A stretch of DNA of 64,000 bases from the NCBI GenBank assembly GCA_965644315.1, contig CBFFRQ010000096.1:124001-188000 (forward strand), written 5' to 3'. Positions 32,276 to 44,847 of the stretch are shown here, in pieces (position 1 is the stretch's first letter; each line of letters begins with the position of its first letter). The notes beneath the pieces are model-generated. The model worked only from the letters and a program-made list of their open reading frames with translations, was not told where the DNA came from and did not search any database. The position numbers and the translations under genes were made by a program. The stretch is from Caecitellus pseudoparvulus. Its lineage: Eukaryota; Protista; Bigyra: Bicosoecida.

Positions 32276-34073
32276 TCAATCGTCACCGCCTTGCGTTTCC
32301 CCTGCTCCTGCGTCCTCCACAGCAGGAGTTGTGCGCGCTCCTGCATCGCTCTCTGCTGGCGCTGTGTGGGCAGCTGCATCGTCACCTGCGAGCTCAGCGA
32401 CGGCATCTTCGTCACCACTCCCTGCAGCCGCTGCATCTGCGTTGCTCGGTGATGTGTGCTCGTGCTCCTGGCTGCGGAGGGCCTCACGGACGAGCTCCTC
32501 GTTGAGGGCCACCTGCTGACGGCCTCGCACGCCGTCCGCGCCGTACACTGTCTGGAGCCAGTGCAAGGTGCAGTGCCTGTCCAGGTCGTACGGGTCTGGG
32601 CCCACCCATTTCGGGGCGCAGCCGGGCACCCGCTGGATCCAGTGCTGAAACTCGGGGCGTTGCAGCAGGAACCAGCGCTTGACTTTGTCTCCACTCGGCG
32701 TGCCTGGGGGCGCCTTCTCCAAGCACGCAACGTGGTGGTCGCACAGCAAGGCCACCATGGCTGCCGAGGAGGACTGGATGCGCAGCGCTTTCCGGCCCGG
32801 CCGGCGCAGGGACGTGGTCCACTGCCACTTTTTCTTGTCCCAGGTGATGCCAGGGAACACCCCCCTGACCCAATCGCAGTCGTCTTCTTTGTGGGCCTCA
32901 GTCACGTCGATGGGGGGCGCGCCTTGCATGGCCGCAAGACTGGCAGCGGGCGCCTCAGGCTCAGGATCTCCCGCCGCCTCCTCCTCCTCTGCCAGCGACT
33001 GCTTGGCCATGAGGGTGGCAAGTTCCTCAGCTGTCGAGTGCTTCCCAGGCTGCGCCAGCTGTCGGCCTGCCGTGGGCCGTGCACGTGCCTCGGCACGCTT
33101 TTGCGTCGTTGTGCTGCTGCGCCTGCGTGTTGCCTTGGACTGGCGTGGGCCGCCACGCCACACGGCGAGGAGGGTCTCCTCCGTCGTATCCTCTGGAAGG
33201 TCGACCCACCGTGGGCCGCTCCACACTGGGGTCCCAGCACCATCCAGCGTGACCCAGTGCCGCAGCCCAGGCTGGCAGGCGAGGCACCAAGGCTCGTCAG
33301 GGTGGCTGGTTGGCGTCTTGCGCGCCACCTCAACCAGGTGCTGCTCCCGCTTGAGGCAAGCGAGGAAAGGTGTCAGAGCAGAGAGATGCTCGGTCTCCCC
33401 TCCCACCTCGACGCTGCACAGGTGCACGCGCCGCACGCTGTCAAAGCGCAAGCCTGTGAACGTCGCGGCGGCCAAGCTCTGCTGCACCTCGTCCTGCGAC
33501 CTGGCCCGTTTGCTACCGCCTGCTGTGCTTGTGCCTCGCTTCCCACGAGCAGGGGTCCTGGCTGACTTGCTTGGCATGGAGAAGTTTGCCTGCAGAGCCT
33601 GTAGAGTCATGTCATCCGGGAGAGACCACGGATCCGGCCCGACCCTGTGTGTGGGGGGGGAGGCAGGGCGTTGGTGGGGGCTGTCCAGAACGTGGGCGGC
33701 GGGCTCCACGCACCAAACGGGATCTGGGCAGCCATCAGGGTGCTGAATCCACCCCGAGAACCTGCACGGGTAGTGGGGGGGGTGCACCGCACATCTCCCC
33801 AAGCTCACGGCAAGCACAGCGCGGTTGCAAGCCATGAAACGCACTCAGGGCGGGTCACAATGGACCAGGGGATGGCAGCACTGTGCCCTGAAAACTTCAC
33901 GTATGGGCTCACTCCCAGCTGCCCTCGTGCAGTGTGGCGTAGGGGTCGTGAGCAGTGCTTGGCGAGCGGTACCAGTTTCCGCACAGACTCACCCTTGCAA
34001 CCAGCCAGTGCTCCCACCTCAGCGCCATGATGGCACTGGAGCGGGCGAGAGAATCCTTGGGAGCACGTTCCAT
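32276..34073 (-). CDS. About 523-aa protein with three copies of an AP2-like + Trp-rich module, 4 exons
   Basis: Exons 34073-33993, 33918-33845, 33761-33714, 33644-32276. Splicing restores RPEFSGWIQ..PVWVGPDP, which matches the C-terminal RPEFQHWIQ..PKWVGPDP. The 5' end is uncertain. Confidence 0.7.
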
Positions 34074-34532
34074 AGCTTAATTCGTTGAGCCAAGCAGAAA
34101 GCGTGCCAGCGTGGCACAGCCTCCTCCAACAAGCAAGCTGCGGGTTAAGCTGCGAGCTTGTGAGGGAGCAAGGGCACCACGTCTTCGCTGTCCAGCGACA
34201 CCCAGTTCAAGCCCTAGCGGCTGCTCGACGGGGAGAGAACAAGGTAGCTGCGTGGAGGCCCTTGCGAGTGAAGGCAGGCTGGTTGTGGGCCAATGCCACG
34301 ACTGGAATCCTGGTATCCATGCCAGGGCTCACACGATGCCATGCAAGGTGCCACTTTACACTAAGCCGGCTGCACATGCCACCGGATTTGGGGGCATGTA
34401 TGGCACTGCTGCCGGCGCCCTCTGTGTGGCAGCTGCGCTGGTTTGCGGATGCCTGCGCTTCGAGCCCTCGCCTGGTGCAGAACCACCCCCTGCCGTTGGA
34501 GCGTGCCAGCGCAGGACGAAGGGCTTTGAGTC

Positions 34533-37500
34533 ATGGCAGGGACAGGAAAAGTTACAGACGAATCGCTGGAGGTGGATGCATACGAAGCCGTGCACTCTGA
34601 GTTCGGGCACGGGGCGTGAGTGGCGTGGTGCGCGGGGCATTTGAACGCCGCCGAAACGCCAGGCTTGCCTGCCTGCCTCTCCGCAGCATCAAGAGCTTGG
34701 AGCTGAAGAACTTCATGACTCACAGTCACCTCATCTTGCGCCCTTCAGCTCGCGGGAACCTCATCATTGGTGAGCAACTTCTGCAAGTGCGGCAGGCTTG
34801 GTGCGCTCGCTTGGCACCCGCACACTGGCGCGCGCTCTCAGGTCCCAATGGCAGCGGCAAGTCCTCCGTTGTCTGTGCCATCATCCTGGGCCTGGGCGGC
34901 AGCATCAGGACCATGGACCGCGCAACTGACCTGTCTGGCTTCGTGAAGCGCGACACTACGACGGCGACAATCACAGTGAGGCGCGCTTGGCTGCGCCGAG
35001 GTGCACGTGCGTCAACACCCCCCCTCCCCCGTGCTGTCTGACGCGCAGCTGCACCTGCACGATGCGCACACGGGAGGGGACACTGTCATCCGGCGCACCA
35101 TTGACACGGACCGCAAGAGCTCGTTTTTCATGGGCAAGGCCGCCGTGGCGCTGGCCAGCGTCACCAAGCAAAAGGTGCAGGAGACGGTGCAGCAGCTGGG
35201 CATCTTCGTGGACAACAACTGCCAAGTGCTGCCGCAGGAGGCCATTTCGAAGTTCGTGAACGCCCACCGCAGGGACCTGCTGGACCAGATGGAGGGCAGC
35301 ATTCTGGGGGGCAGCCTGCTGAAGCAGCACGAGGAGCTGCGCGCCATGCAGAGGGTCATCACTGCAGGGGACGTGGCGCTGAAGGAGCTGACGAAGCAGC
35401 GCAAGCGAGCCTTTGAGGAGATGGAGACGCTGCAGGAGGAGATGAACCGCAGCGAGGAGGGGGTGGAGCTGGCTGCGCAGATGGAGCGCTTGAACGTTCT
35501 GAAGCCGTGGATCGAGACGCAGGCAGCGGCAGCCCGCGTGAAGAACCTGGAAGAGGCCATAGAACAGCAGACGAAACGCCTGCATCCCGCAGAGGAAGTG
35601 GACGCCCTCCAGGCGTCTGCCACTGACTTGAAGGCGCAGTGCAGTGCGCACAAGCGCGTGGCCTTGGCTGCGACGTCAGTGCTGAAGCAGCGCAGAGCCA
35701 AGCAGGCGGCCCTGGCAAAGGACCTGCGAGCTGCCGCCACAGACATCAGGACGACGAAAGCCGCGCTGCAGGTGCTGGTGGACGGCAAGGACAGCCGCCA
35801 GCGCACCATCACCAAAGCCACCAAGGCCCTCCGCAAGACGGAAGCTCGCCTGGCGCGCTGCCTGAACGGCCGGACGCAGGAGGAGCTGAACGCGCAGCGA
35901 GCGGCGGCATCCCAGGCGGAGCTGGCGGCCAAGGCCAACGTGGCATCAGCCCGCCAGGTGCTGCACCAGCAAGCAGCGGTGCTGGTGGAGGTGCGGGGAG
36001 CAGCTGCCAACCTTGCCCAGCGCATTGAGAAGGCGGCTCCCAGCCGCGGCAAGCGGCGGCAGGCCTTCCTGAGGCACGCGAGCGTGCTGAAGCACAGCAA
36101 GGGTTTCCATGCTTTGTTCACCAAGCTGGCCCAGCAAGCAGTGACGGACTTCAGCGACCCGCTGCCCTGCATTGTGGACCCTGCGACACCCCTCGCGGCG
36201 CGGGCTCTTGGCGCGCGCCTGTCATTCCAACAGGCCACTGCCATGATTGTGGGCACAGAGCAGGCCATGTCCAGTGTCGAAAGCGCGGCAGCTCAGTCTC
36301 ATGTGCGCATCACTAGCTTTCTGTTCCAGGGTGACGCGGCCGGCGCTGCTGCGGGCGCCGCTGGCGGCGGCATCCGGCTGAACGCGGCGCCGCCTGAGCT
36401 GCGCCCAGAGCTGGAGAAGGCCGGCGTGGAAGGATCCCTGCTGGAGGCGCTGGAGGCGCCCCTTCCAGCGCTGGCGTTTCTTGAGCAGCTGGGCATTGGG
36501 AAGACGCTGCTGGCACCCAGCATGAGGCCCGACCAGGCGTGTGAGCTGCTGCAGACCCACAGGCTCGCAGGGTTCACCGTCGTCTGCAGCGAGCACCTGG
36601 TGTCCTGCCAACGTGAGTCTTGAGCACCTCCACACAGCTGTGGGAGAGCCTGTGTTGCACTCCCCCCCCTCCCCCCCTCCTATCCACAGGCGGCCGCATC
36701 AGCGGTGTGTACAGCACTATTGTCAGGGACATTGGCCAGGAGCCGTCCCTGTTCAGCGTGGACAGCGACAAGCAGCACACGCTGCAGCTGAAGCAGGAGT
36801 TGGAGGAGGCTCAGCGCCAAGTGCAGGCCCAGACAGCCGTGGTGGAGGAAGCCAAGGCGGAGGTGGAGGCATGCCAGGCAGCGTACACAGCTGCAGTGCA
36901 GGCGAGAGCCCCCCTGGTGCAGGTGTTGAAGCAGGTGCTCACGTTCAAGGCAAAGATGAACGAGCTGCTGAGCAAAATCGAGGTGTGTGACGGCGCGGGC
37001 TGGCCGCCCCGCTGTGCCTGCGCGCCCCGCCACCGCACACCACGCACTGCACGCACACGGCCCCCACGCGCAGCGAGCAAAGCTGTCCAGGGATGACGAG
37101 AAGTGGCAGGCCAATGTGGCAGACGCGACGCGGAAGTATCGCCAGGCCATCGTCAAGTCCATGCGTCTGTACCAGGCGCTGGCGGAGTGTGCCCAGCAGG
37201 GGCAGGAGGACGACAGGCAGGCAACACAGGCGAACCTGTACCAGACGCTGCTGTCCAAGACCGCCCAGGCAGCAGAGGCCAAGCTGACCAGGATGCAGGA
37301 AGAGACCGCAGAGGCCGCGTCAGCCATCGCAGGGCTCAAGCTGCGTGCTGCGAAGGCTGCGACGCAGCGCAAGCAGCTGTTCAAGGCGGCCAAGTCGCAG
37401 ACGGGCCTGGGCCCCAAGCGCGACCAGGCGGCGTACGAAGCCATGCGGACGGAGATATTCAAGATGATGGAGGGGCTGCACCCCTCGGAGCTGGACGAGA

Positions 37501-38459
37501 AGGCTGTGCCGCGCTGGCAGGCAGCCATGGAGAAGGTGCAGGGGCGGCTGCTGGTGGCCATTGGGGACACGAGCATCCCCCAGCGCCTGGCGGCAGCGCA
37601 GACGCTGGTGGCGGGGCTGGACCAGAAGCTGCGGGATGCGTACGAGGAGGAGGAGTCTGGGAGGGCCAAGTTCCACTCCGCCCTGAAGGCGTGGAAGAGC
37701 CGGCTGGAGCAGCAGGTGGCTGTGCTGCAGCAGCGCTTCGCAGGGGACTGTGCGGCGCTGGGCGCTGTGGGCTCCATCAAGCTCGTGGACGGCGGCTATG
37801 ACTGCACGCAGTACGGCCTGGAGCTGCAGACGGCGTGGCATGGGCAGGAGGTGGGCAGCAGTGCCGCTGCGCAGCAGTCAGGCGGCGAGAAGAGCGTCAC
37901 CACAATCCTCTTCCTGCTGGCCATCCAGCACACCTCCCCCTGCCCCTTCCGCCTTATTGACGAGATCAACCAGGGCATGGACTCCAAGAACGAGCGGCGA
38001 GTGCTGGAGCTGGTGGCGCGCTCCACAGCCCCCACGGCCCTGGAGTGCGCCAAGCTGGGCCTGCCCTCCACGCCGCCCGGTCCTTCCCGCAAGCGCGTGC
38101 GGCCACAGGCGGCAGCGGCACCGCCCCTGTCGGCACATGAAGCGGCACGGGCCGACCCCGGCCACCAGTACTTCATCTTGACGCCAAAGCTGCTGCCTGA
38201 CCTGGACTTCCCCGACCACGTCCGCATTCACACCATGTTCAACGGTAGCTTCGTCTCGCGCACAGCTGCCTCATGCATTGACTTGGGAGTCATCCTCAGC
38301 AAGCGCCGAGCCAAGCTGGAGGAGGGCGGCGCGCAGCCACCCCCCCTTGTCGTCATGGAGGAGGACAGCGTCCCAGTCGCGGCTGCAAGCCTCGGCTCGG
38401 TGCCGGTTGCAAGCTCGTCCGCCCACGCCGGGCCTGGCGAGGAATCCGATGGTTTCTAG
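34533..38459 (+). CDS. SMC5: Structural maintenance of chromosomes protein 5, 6 exons
   Basis: Introns 34616-34686, 34770-34841, 34976-35048, 36613-36689, 36983-37073. LKNFMTH, GPNGSGKSSVVCAIILGLGG, NNCQVLPQE, QSGGEKSVTTILFLLAIQ..CPFRLIDEINQGMD..NER and QYFILTPKLL. Confidence 0.95.
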
Positions 38460-38489
38460 CCCTGAGGTGGCTGCCCCTGCCCCGACGTT

Positions 38490-38987
38490 TCAGAGGGCCG
38501 CAATGAAGACTGTTGTCACTGCCAGCAAGTGCGAGTTTGCGAACTGGACACTGAGAATGCCATCCTGCACGGGGACGAAGGGGAGGTGGGCCACCGTTTC
38601 AGCCGCGTTTCAACGGCACCACACACAGTTGCGACGTCCCAGTGAGCCGCCGTGGCGACGTCCAAAGCCGCATCGGTCTTCTGCATCAAGATGGTGTTCA
38701 CAGCGTACTTGAAATTCTGCAGTGGAAGCGGGGGTACGGCTGGAGCTCGAGCGACTGCGCGGCGTCGCGTAGCGCACCTTGCTCAAGTCCTCCAAGCCTT
38801 GCGTAACTTGGCGGTTGGCTTCCCCGACCCAGTCAGCAACCTTGGTGCGATCAAAGGACTTGCCCTTCAGAATGGACTCCAGGACCCTGCTCGTGGCTGC
38901 GTGGGCTTGCTCCTGAATGTCAGCAAAGGTCAGGGCTTGCGGCAGCTGGCTCTGGTCTTGCCTGGGTGTGGAGGACGCACTGGCCAT
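38490..38987 (-). CDS. Tctex-1 family dynein light chain (124 aa), 3 exons
   Basis: Introns 38717-38777 and 38565-38626. KVADWV..LEDLSKNFKYAVNTILMQK..AHWDVATDG..VTTVF. Confidence 0.85.
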
Positions 38988-39181
38988 GGCGGCGGGCTGC
39001 AGTCATCACACGCCACCGCACAATAAAACAACCCCGTCCACGCATGCGGCTCGTATTTCCAGAATTTTGCTGCATTTAGGCAGCTGCAGGTGGTGGCAAG
39101 CGTTCCAAAACTCCACTCCTGCGACCTACCAGCGAGTCTGCACACAGGCATACAAGCTGACACGTACTGAGACGAGTGCCC

Positions 39182-41242
39182 ATGGATGCTACCGCCGCCT
39201 TTGGCGGCTCTGGAGACACGTCGCCAGTTCCAGCAGGGCAGCCAGCGCTTGACGACTTGGTGCGGCTGCGCGCGGGCGCGTCTTTGAATGCCGGGGCAAA
39301 GCACCTGGCCCACGCTTTCACAGGTGCTTGTGATCCTGAACTTCCTCAAGCAGCACGGGTTTGTCGAGACACATGCATGCTTGCTGAGCGAAGCTGGCTC
39401 TCGCCTGTCCCTGCCGACTGTGGTGCGCGAGGCGACGTGCGAAACGTGCTTGAAACGCTATTCGCAGCACCCCTTCCTCGGCACGTGTGAGCAGATTCCA
39501 CCCATGACCAGCCTTGAGAAGATCGTCGAAGGCTTCATGGCACACGCACAGCAGGAGCGGCACCGGGCAAGCATTCGCCGCGGGCGGTCCGATCACGTGA
39601 CACTGGCGCTGGAGCACGCGCTCATGTCCATGCAGGTGAGGCCGCTGAGCTCAGCGCTACTGCGCCGTGCGCCGACAAGCACACTTGCACTACCTGCACC
39701 CCACACCGAACCTACTCTCAGACCATGGTGGAGGATTACCACTTCATCTGTGAGCACGGCAAGGCGCCCGCCTTGCCCAGACCCGGCCGGCGCCGAGTGC
39801 GTGTGGGGCACCGCCCCTCCAGCAGCGTGGGCCGGGCAGCCCAGCCGCCTGCAGACGCCGGTATGCCACCGCCCGCCCCTCCCCAGCCCCCCGTCCCCCC
39901 TCCAAAAGACCTGGACCAGACCAGCGCCCTCATCATGCAGCATTTGCTGGAGCAGGAGGAGGCTGCGCGGGGCGTGGCGGACGCCATCAACCGCCACGGA
40001 GGGCAGGGCATGAGCGTCGCAGACATGTCCATGGCTGCAGAGGACCTGGTGGAGAGCCTCCTGGCCCGCCTGGGTGCAGAGGGCGGTGAGGAGGGCAGCA
40101 CTCCCTCGCCGCCAGCCCCCGGCGCCCCGCCTGCCCCGGCTGCTGCCTCAGGTGGCGGCGGCATCCAGCGCCTGCCCCTGGACGCCCAGTCTCTTCTGGA
40201 CATGCCGGTGACCACGCTGGACCTGGATGCGAACTCCCGCTGGGCGTCAGCGCTGGCCCGTGCGGGGGCAGGGGCTGGCGTGCCCCCTGCGCCTGTGGCT
40301 GTGGCCACCGCTGACGCCCAGCGCCCCTCGCCGCCGCCACAGCCACGCAGGGTTCACCAGAGAGCAAGCGCCAGCTCGGCTTCAGCGCCAGGGCAGGAGG
40401 GCGGCACTGGAGCACGTACAGGCATGGGCACGCCAGCCCCCCGAAGCCCTGCCCGCACCAGCACCCCTCGCCGGCGCCGCCGCATCAAGCCCCTGCCCGT
40501 GCCCACGCCAGAGCGGCGCGCCCTGCGGCATCCCGGACACACGGGCGTGGAATGTAGTGCCCAGGGACCCCCTGCTTCCTCCAGCGCAGTGTCGGCCCAT
40601 GAGGCGCCCAGACCAGCGGCAGGCGCACGGGGGAGCGGTGAGGCTGGGGCCGTGCGCCGACCAGACCCGGCTGGCAGCTCGCCCCCCATGCCCATGTCCA
40701 AGCAGGCCTTCATTGCGCTGCACACAGCGGCGTCTCCGCCCCGGCGCATCGTGCCGTTCGCGCCGTTCATGGGGGAGGGCGGCTTGACACACCTGACGCC
40801 GCCACGGCCGCCACAGGCGGCGGCGGCGGGGGGCGCCACCAGCGGTGCCCAGGCCGCCAGTGCCAGTGCCCCGCCCCCTTCCCCTGCTGGGCAGCGCAAG
40901 CGGCAACGCAAGAGCACGCCCGTGCAGCGACGGGCAAAGGTGCCTCGGCAGGGCGGTGCCGACGCCCCGCCGGGTCTGCCGCCCGGCTGGAGCTGCCACA
41001 CCAGTGTCACGAATGGCCGCACGTACTTCTTCAATGCGAGCACGGGGCAGAGCACCTTCGACGCGTCTGAAGTGTTCGGGGCTGCGGCTGAGCGCCAGGG
41101 CCGCGCCCAGCCACAGGAGGAAGAGCAGGAGCCAGTGCAGGGTGACGACCCCAGCCAGGCGGCTGCGGCGGCTGCGGCGGCGCCAGTGGACGACGCACTG
41201 CTGGCCAGTCTGCTAGACGAAGTGCACGGGAGTGGAAAGTGA
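39182..41242 (+). CDS. LisH + WW domain protein, 4 exons
   Basis: Introns 39260-39323, 39423-39494, 39636-39721. LisH LVLVILNFLKQHGFVETHACLLSEA; WW LPPGWSCHTSVTNGRTYFFNASTGQSTF; basic NLS-like RKRQRK. Confidence 0.75.
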
Positions 41243-41414
41243 CACGTTGAATTGGCTGTATGCTGCCACACGAGGTACACATGGGGGCGGGTGCTCGAGG
41301 CACCTGCACAACACAAAAAGCGTCGCCGGGTGGGGGGTCTAGCCCTCCCAGTCGGCGCGCGGACATTAACACGTGCCCCCGCGTGGGCGCTACAGCCACT
41401 AGGCGCGGGGGCGT

Positions 41415-44322
41415 TTATCGGGCGGTGGGAGGAGGCACCACGGTACGTGGCTGCCTGGAGGGGGGCCGCGTCGCAGAGGGCACTGGGGAAGGAGCTGCTG
41501 CGGACAGCTCGACACTGGCGGTGCCGCCGGAGCGGGAGGGCGTGCGGTTGGCACGGCCCTGCTTGCGTGGCGTCTTGGGCTTCTCCTCAGCCATGCGAGC
41601 GTAGCCACGCCAGGACACGGCGTTGACGATGAAGTCCAGGAAGCCGACCGTCTCGCGGCCCTGGCGGTGGGCAGCCACGCGGGCGCAGCAGAATTCAATG
41701 AGGAACAGCAGGAAGGCACCCACGAACAGCATGCCGACAGCGAGGCCGATGGCGTACTCGGTGCGGATGGTGCCCAGGGAGAAGACGGTCTCCTCGCAAG
41801 GGAAGGGGTCGCCGTCACCCTCCGCGTCGTTCTCGTTGGGGCCTGTCACCAGGACGTCCTGGGACGCGTCCAGCTCGGGGGCAGTGCTGTCCACGGCATC
41901 CACGGGCAGCTGGATGACTGCTGCCGCGTCGCCGGAGGGCGTGGAGGGAATGCTGGGCGTGCCGCCTGGTGTGGAGGCGCCGGGGGTGTATGCCTTGGCG
42001 CACATGTGCTCCTGGCTGCTGGGGGAGTCGTCCACGCAGATGACACCGGTCTGGTCGCGGTTGGAGAAGTTGTTGTTGCGGGAGCTGAAGTACGCCCAGC
42101 GGCCCTTGTTGTTCATGGCCACGGGGCCGGCGTCGAAGTAGGGCGTGAAGGCGGCGTTGAGCTTGGCGCAGTTCTGGGGGTGGTTCTCCCGCTCGTTCTT
42201 GTTGTTGATGGCCTCCAGCTGGTCCTGCGTCAGGCAGGCGCGGTTGGAGGCGGCCAGGGTCTCGCGCTGGTTCAGGTACGCCAGGGCCATGGCCGTGTCC
42301 ACGTCCGGCACCAGGGTGTTCCCTGGTCCCACCTTGGTGAACATGGTGGCGGAGCCGTCCACCTTCTCCACGCTCAGGGGCATGTTGCGGTTGTCAGCGG
42401 CCATGGCCACGATGTTGGAGCGGTCAGCACGGGAGTTCTGGTTGCCGGCGCTGGCCTGGTTGGGGTCAGGGGGCCCGCCCTCTGCGTCGTTGCAGCCGCG
42501 GCGGGGGTTGTAGTCAGAGCCAGTCCACTGGAAGTGAACGGTGTCCGTCGTGCGCACGTTGAGGTCGTTGGGCACGTAGTCGTACTCCACGGCGGGGTAC
42601 GTCTGCACGATGTTGCCTCGCTTGCCGCGCACGTTCAAGTTGAAGATGGTGCCGCCGTTGGCAATGGTGGCCCCAGCGGCGCGGTCCCGGGCCAGCTGCT
42701 GCTCAGAGTCGCCAGTCCCAGCGGGGGCCGCCTCACCTGGCATGAGGGGCTTGCGGATCTCGAAGACGTAAGAGCGGTCCTGGAAGGTGCGCCCGTACTG
42801 GTTGGTGTTCAGGGCCAGGGACACGATGTCCTGGTTGCCGGCGTCGTCGGAGTTGATGACGACGTAGGGGTCTTGCTGGATGGGGGAGTTGTCAGAGTTG
42901 TTGCGGTAGTCGATGCCGGGCGACACGGAGGCAGTGCCGACGGGCTTGGAGTACGCGGCGTAGTCGCCCGTGGAGATGTTGTAGCGCACACGCAGGACAC
43001 AGTTCTTGTTGGCATGCTGGGGCACCTGCCACACATACCGGTTGGCGTTGTTGCGGTGGGGGATGCTCTCGTTCACGTTGGCTGGGGCGGCAGCAGAGTA
43101 CACAGTGCCCTCGGCGTTGCCCAGCTGGTTGACACGGGAGTTGGGCAGGGACTGGCAGTCCACATCTTCCAGGCCCAGGCTGCTCAGGTCGGCGTTGGCA
43201 CCCAGGCCGAAGCGGTTCGTGATCCAGTTGTGCCCTGCGGCGGTGCAGGCGGCGGCGTTGTTGTACCACTCGCCACGCTGCTTCAACTGGGCGGGAGTGC
43301 GCTGGCCAGCCGCCACAGGCGCGCCTGCCGTCTCGATGCACTCGCCGACAGAGGAGGAGTTGCTGTTCTGGGACTGCGCCTTGAACCACTGGCACCACTG
43401 CGCCGTCTCAGCAGCGCTGCCATCACCATAGTCGTGCAGGACAGCGACGTCGATCCAGGGGTTGGGGGCCCAGTAGGGGTAGTAGTCGCGCTCCTCAGGG
43501 CACTCCAGGCCGTTGCGGTTGCCGTTGGGGTTCTGGCGCGTGCCACGGGCGTCGCGGCGGCGGACGTTCTGGTCGGCCGTGAACAGGCCCTTGTTGCGCT
43601 CACGCTGGGTGCAGGCGGCGTAGTAGTCGCTGTTCTCGTGCATGCCGAAGCGGCGGGTCTCCACGGTGTTGGCGATGCCTTGCGTGCGGTCGGTGGGGAT
43701 GGTGTCGGTGGCGGCGTCGTTCTGGTCACGGGGTGTGCCGTCACGGGGGGCGCCGACGTGGTACAGGTCTGGGCGGGGGTCCGCTGCCGAGGAGGCCTTG
43801 GCTCCGCCACGGAACGCGCCAGCGGGGTCCAGCGTGTCTTCGCAGGCGTACTGGATGACCATGTTGCACTTTTCCTTGGGGTTGTCACCACAGCCGTGCT
43901 GGGACGTCCACTCAATGGGGATCATGGAGCCAGCGTAGTAGTACCTGAGGCAGTGCAAGTCAAGCGCGAGGGTGGCTTTCGTGGTTTCGTTGCACTGCGA
44001 GCGGCCGACACGCACAGCTTGTTGGTCTGCACCTCAGGGCCGCCCACGGCACGAGGGCAGGCATAGCCACCCTTGGCGTTGTTCTGGCTGTCGAACAGAC
44101 GGTTCCCGTTGTTGCGGTTGACGTTGCGCTGTGAAGGCGGGCGAAGGCAAGGTGTGCTTCTGCTTCAAGGGCAGTGCACTTGGCCACAACGCCACAGGCG
44201 CCACGCACCTCGCAGTTGCGGTCATTTCCTCCACGGGGGTTGTGCATGTACACATCAGCTGCCACCAGCTGTGCGCTGATGGCGGCTGCGGCAAGCAGCA
44301 CCCGAGTGAGGGCTCGGGCCAT
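41415..44322 (-). CDS. DD3-3: DD3-3 family type I membrane protein, 3 exons
   Basis: Signal peptide, then DVYMHNPRGGN..NRLFDSQNNAKGGY, EWTSQHGCG, GLECPEERDYYPYW, RVRYNISTGDY, LNVRGKRGNIVQTYPAVEYD, SRNNNFSNR and a C-terminal TM. Introns 44129-44208 and 43945-44015. Confidence 0.92.
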
Positions 44323-44847
44323 TGCTGACGTTGACGCTGTGCGCGTCGGTGGAACGAAGCGTGTGACGCGACTCCCTGCGGCGGAGGCGGGGGGACAGTG
44401 CATGCAAAGCAAGTGCAAGCACACAGTGAATGGTTTGCGAGACCTGGCATGGCCGGCCAGCACGTGCGTGGCTCTGGCACAGGCCGTGAGTACGGCACGT
44501 CGCAGGGACGGCCGCTGCTTGCACACGCACCTGTTGAAGGGAACGGACTCCGCGAGGGGGGTGAGGACGACAGCAAGAGCCTGCTGTCTGTTGGCTTAAG
44601 GTTTGGGAAGAATTTTAGCTTCCGGTGGGGCAATTGCGGCGGAGGGGAGGGGTGTCAGGGGGGGGTGCGTGTGTGGCTGCCTCGCCCCTCCTCGCTGAGC
44701 AGGCATGGTGCTGCCCTGGCGACGCTGATGACGCAGGGCTCGCGCACTTTTCACCAACCCCACGTCAGCAGCGCCAAGATTTCGAAAGCGGATGCATTTG
44801 CTTCGAGGCGGCCGTGCTTGCGTCGAGGAGGTGCCCTGCGCGTTTCC

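Noticed and set aside
41667-44066. 799-aa plus-strand ORF opposite DD3-3
   Set aside because: Antisense shadow of a codon-biased gene with V/G/A-rich composition.
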